From the NCBI GenBank assembly GCA_963693365.1, contig CAVNZM010000017.1, forward strand, positions 4,197,375 through 4,261,374: a stretch of DNA of 64,000 nt, read 5' to 3'. Shown in pieces: positions 61,444 to 64,000 of the stretch. The position numbers and the translations under genes are program-made. Position 1 is the first letter of the stretch. The number at the start of each line of letters is the position of its first letter. This stretch comes from Amoebidium appalachense (taxonomy: Eukaryota; Protista; Ichthyosporea). The notes under the pieces were generated by a model. That model was not told where the DNA came from. It ran no database searches and saw only the letters and a list, made by a program, of their open reading frames with translations.

Positions 61444-62361
61444 ACACACACCACCAATAAAAAAAAAAAAGGAGAAAAAAAAGAAAAAGAAACCCGGACG
61501 AAGGGGGGGGGGGGGGGGGGGAATAGGATGTGATTAAGAGTACGAAGTATACATTCACGTCGGACAACATTACGCGGTGGGGGGAGGAAGGGGGGGGGGC
61601 GAGGGGGGGGGGGGGGGGGGGGGGGGGGAAGGAGGATGGGTGGGGTGGGAGGGTGGGAGGGGTGGGGGAGTAGAAGCAATGGAGAGTGACGACCATTCAA
61701 GTCAAGACCATGATAACCACAAAGAGGAAAACACAAAAAGATTAAAACCAAAGCGTGCAGGCAGAAGATACTTAAGCAGAGTTTATCACCAAGGGGTTCC
61801 TAAACCTCTGCAAAACAAGAGTTTCGACTCTCTGATTGCTGGAGAAGGGGAGGAAGCTGGGGAGCGGAGTGGAAAAACGACAGCCATCTCCATCCCGCTC
61901 CCCCCCTCCCTCGCCCCAAACACCCCCACCTTCGCCACGTACACATGCACGCACGCACGCATGAAAGGTGAAGTCCAACTTAGAGCAATTTCAGAACAGC
62001 CATGTTGAGAAAAGGTACTGGGCAACTGGAAGCATGTTGAGGGGGCTGAAGACCACGGAGATGATCTGGGGGGGGGGGGGAAGGGTACGGAGGAGCAAGC
62101 TGGGTGGGAGGTGGGCTGCAGGGGAAACAGGGGGGGGGGGGGGGGGGGGGGGGGGTAGGGGGGAGGGGGGAGAGGGAGTTTGGGCGAGAAGGGGGGGGGG
62201 GGGGGGGTGTATACGGAGAGAGAGAGAGAGAACAAAAAAGCTGTTTCAGTGAAGCCTCAGAGCTCCTGTTAGGCTGAAGCACCTTAACATACCTGCACAC
62301 GCAACTCCCGAAGAAGTGTCCGCAAGAGCATAAGAGTGCTTGGGGCCTGAACCGTACTCAT
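58345..62361 (-). CDS. FMC1: FMC1-like (LYR-family) mitochondrial ATP synthase assembly factor, 121 aa; exons 62361-62293, 61035-60877, 58482-58345
   Basis: MSTVQAPSTLMLLRTLLRELRVQ|NIITT...MFRKNR...AIALLQSTKRHS|DLMSMYY...AARRCGLEIP resembles the FMC1 pattern (R.LLRELR...LL.S.+.H..L...GL..P). Both introns are phase-0 GT-AG. Confidence 0.75.
58942..59328 (-). mobile_element. Non-autonomous PLE-associated element (453-nt family) with ~16-nt TSD
   Basis: Near-identical reverse complement of 27807-28194. GGGGATGGAGGGGGGG flanks both ends (58926-58941 and 59327-59342). Confidence 0.92.
59401..59500 (-). mobile_element. Diverged 5'-truncated pLTR-family copy
   Basis: Reverse complement reads GGATGGGCTCTGCTTGTTATGCATAC...TTTGCACTCTGCATTGTG...GTGTACTTGGTACTTTATCGCA plus poly-C. 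Confidence 0.8.
59784..60655 (-). mobile_element. Head-to-tail ~1.9-mer of the 453-nt non-autonomous unit
   Basis: Exact 453-nt period (ORF ends at 60033 and 60486). The internal junction CATTCAAAACCCCCCCTGTCTTC mirrors the PLE junction CATTCAAAACCCCCCATATCTTC at 42250-42272. Confidence 0.93.
61289..61577 (-). mobile_element. Two old diverged 3'-end fragments of the pLTR superfamily (~61289-61392 and ~61521-61577)
   Basis: Reverse complements contain TGGTTTGCACTCTGC...TGAATGTGCAATTCGTATTC and GTGAATGTATACTTCGTACTC, each followed by a C-run. Confidence 0.6.
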
Positions 62362-62725
62362 GTTTGATACCAAGATAAAAGCTGGGCTGGGTTGATGGTG
62401 TAGATTGCTAGGATGTTTTGTGGCAACAGCTTATAAGCGTATTAACGAAACAATAGACTATGATGCTTCAAAGCAAACCAAAAAAAAATTCGGTTTTGAT
62501 AGAAATTAAAACTGGAACGAAGTGCTTCAGTGCTTGCTGCATGGCACTGCGAGCCTGTGCGCTGGGCCAAGGATGCGCAAACGAATCCTATTTTTAGATG
62601 CACTACCCCAAGCGTGTGCTATTTGTGGTTGTAGATCATGGCTGACGTCGACACCATAGTGGCAGCGCGGGTCACACTATGCATTCGGCGCTTGCGAGGC
62701 TGTGCTTGTGTGTACACGTATGCGT

Positions 62726-62767
<42 letters not shown>

Positions 62768-62772
62768 TGCTA

Positions 62773-62878
<106 letters not shown>

Positions 62879-62918
62879 ATGTGTGAGGTGGGAGACCGGA
62901 GTCCGGGGCCCCGTTCCC

Positions 62919-62949
<31 letters not shown>

Positions 62950-63154
62950 AGGGGGGGGGGGGGGCGATGGAGACTAGATCTTGCCGAAGGGGAGAGGGGC
63001 CCCGAATACGTCCACCGGGGTCGGCGCCCAAGACCGGCCGCGGAAAGCTGGAGGGACCATACTACGGATTCATGTGCGCATGAATTATGTATGCAAGGCA
63101 AAACATGTTGTACAAACGATCATCAGATGCTTGTAGTAGGTAGGAGGATCAGGA

Positions 63155-63245
63155 GGATATACCATAGGAGTGGCACGCGTCCTTCGAGGATACATGCCCA
63201 GGATATATCATAGGAGTGGCACGCGTCCTTCGAGGATACATGCCA
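63155..63245. repeat. 46-nt tandem duplication
   Basis: GGATATAYCATAGGAGTGGCACGCGTCCTTCGAGGATACATGCC occurs twice. Confidence 0.85.
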
Positions 63246-64000
63246 GCTGGAGCTCGAGGCTGGGCATGACGATGAAATCAAAAGCACTGGTGCAGCACAG
63301 GCTAGCGGCTGTTCATGGCCAGATGGCATCACACATCAGTGACAGATCACTGATAATTTGCCACGTTTCAAACCTCATATGCCCCAAGGTGCCCGCCCCT
63401 CCCCCCACCCAAAAGGGCAAAAGCTTGTAGGCCCTGTACCTATACGTGCCATGCATGCATGCTCATACAGCGTCACCATGGCCATGAGCTATGGCCAAGG
63501 CGCCGGTGTACCGGTATGTATAAATCTTTCACTCATGGCATCGCACGTGATAGGCTGGCTATCAGTGTAGAAACTGATAAGAATTAGCCAATCGGAATTG
63601 CTGAGATACTTGGGCTGCATTCCCGGTTTAGTTCAGAAGATGACGCATTAATATATATGAGATCTATCTACCTAGAATCTTCTTTTACTTTGTGAGCTCT
63701 TGTAAAGCGACATCTGATCCCCCTTCATAAAATATCATGCCCATGCCCTTCTAATTTTTGTTATATTTCAAGAATTTAGGAAACCTCTAGACACACATGC
63801 TATTTTGATGATTATTTCTGGCAAAACTGCGGGTGAGCAAGAGCCGGACTGTGACGTTACTACCGGAAGTTCGAAGATAAAGCACCAAGCTTTCCTATTG
63901 GCTATCTCTTAAATCTTGGTATGCGCGCATCGACGCAGCCGCAGGGTATATGTGCATATATAAACCACCCGCTTCCAGTTTATTAGTCCACACTCCGATC

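Overview
Eukaryotic (probably protist; organism not identifiable here) genomic DNA with introns packed with poly-C/poly-G and (CA)n/(GT)n tracts, so most of the supplied ORFs are low-complexity artefacts. Six host genes can be built or located by hand: a cAMP-receptor-like GPCR (+), a KHA-like/C2H2 zinc-finger protein (-), NOG2/GNL2 (+, 14 exons), a likely secreted EGF plus ricin-B lectin protein (-), SLC30A9/ZnT9 (+) and an FMC1-like protein (-). There is also an intronic tRNA-Arg(ACG) and an orphan 3' fragment of 18S rRNA. The main finding is a retroelement system. An apparently intact Penelope-like element with permuted domains (N-terminal GIY-YIG, CxC linker, C-terminal RT; Chlamys-type) and 312-nt pseudo-LTRs sits in an SLC30A9 intron. 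It is accompanied by about 15 non-coding copies and fragments, including a 453-nt tandem-forming unit. The well-preserved copies end in ...CATTCAA(AA)CCCC at poly-C tracts, all copies lie sense to the host gene, and two show ~16-nt target-site duplications. The longer copies share a covarying RNA fold (kink-turn/SECIS-core-like hairpin plus a possible pseudoknot) in which I could not find a canonical hammerhead ribozyme. All calls are from manual reading, and no database searches were run.
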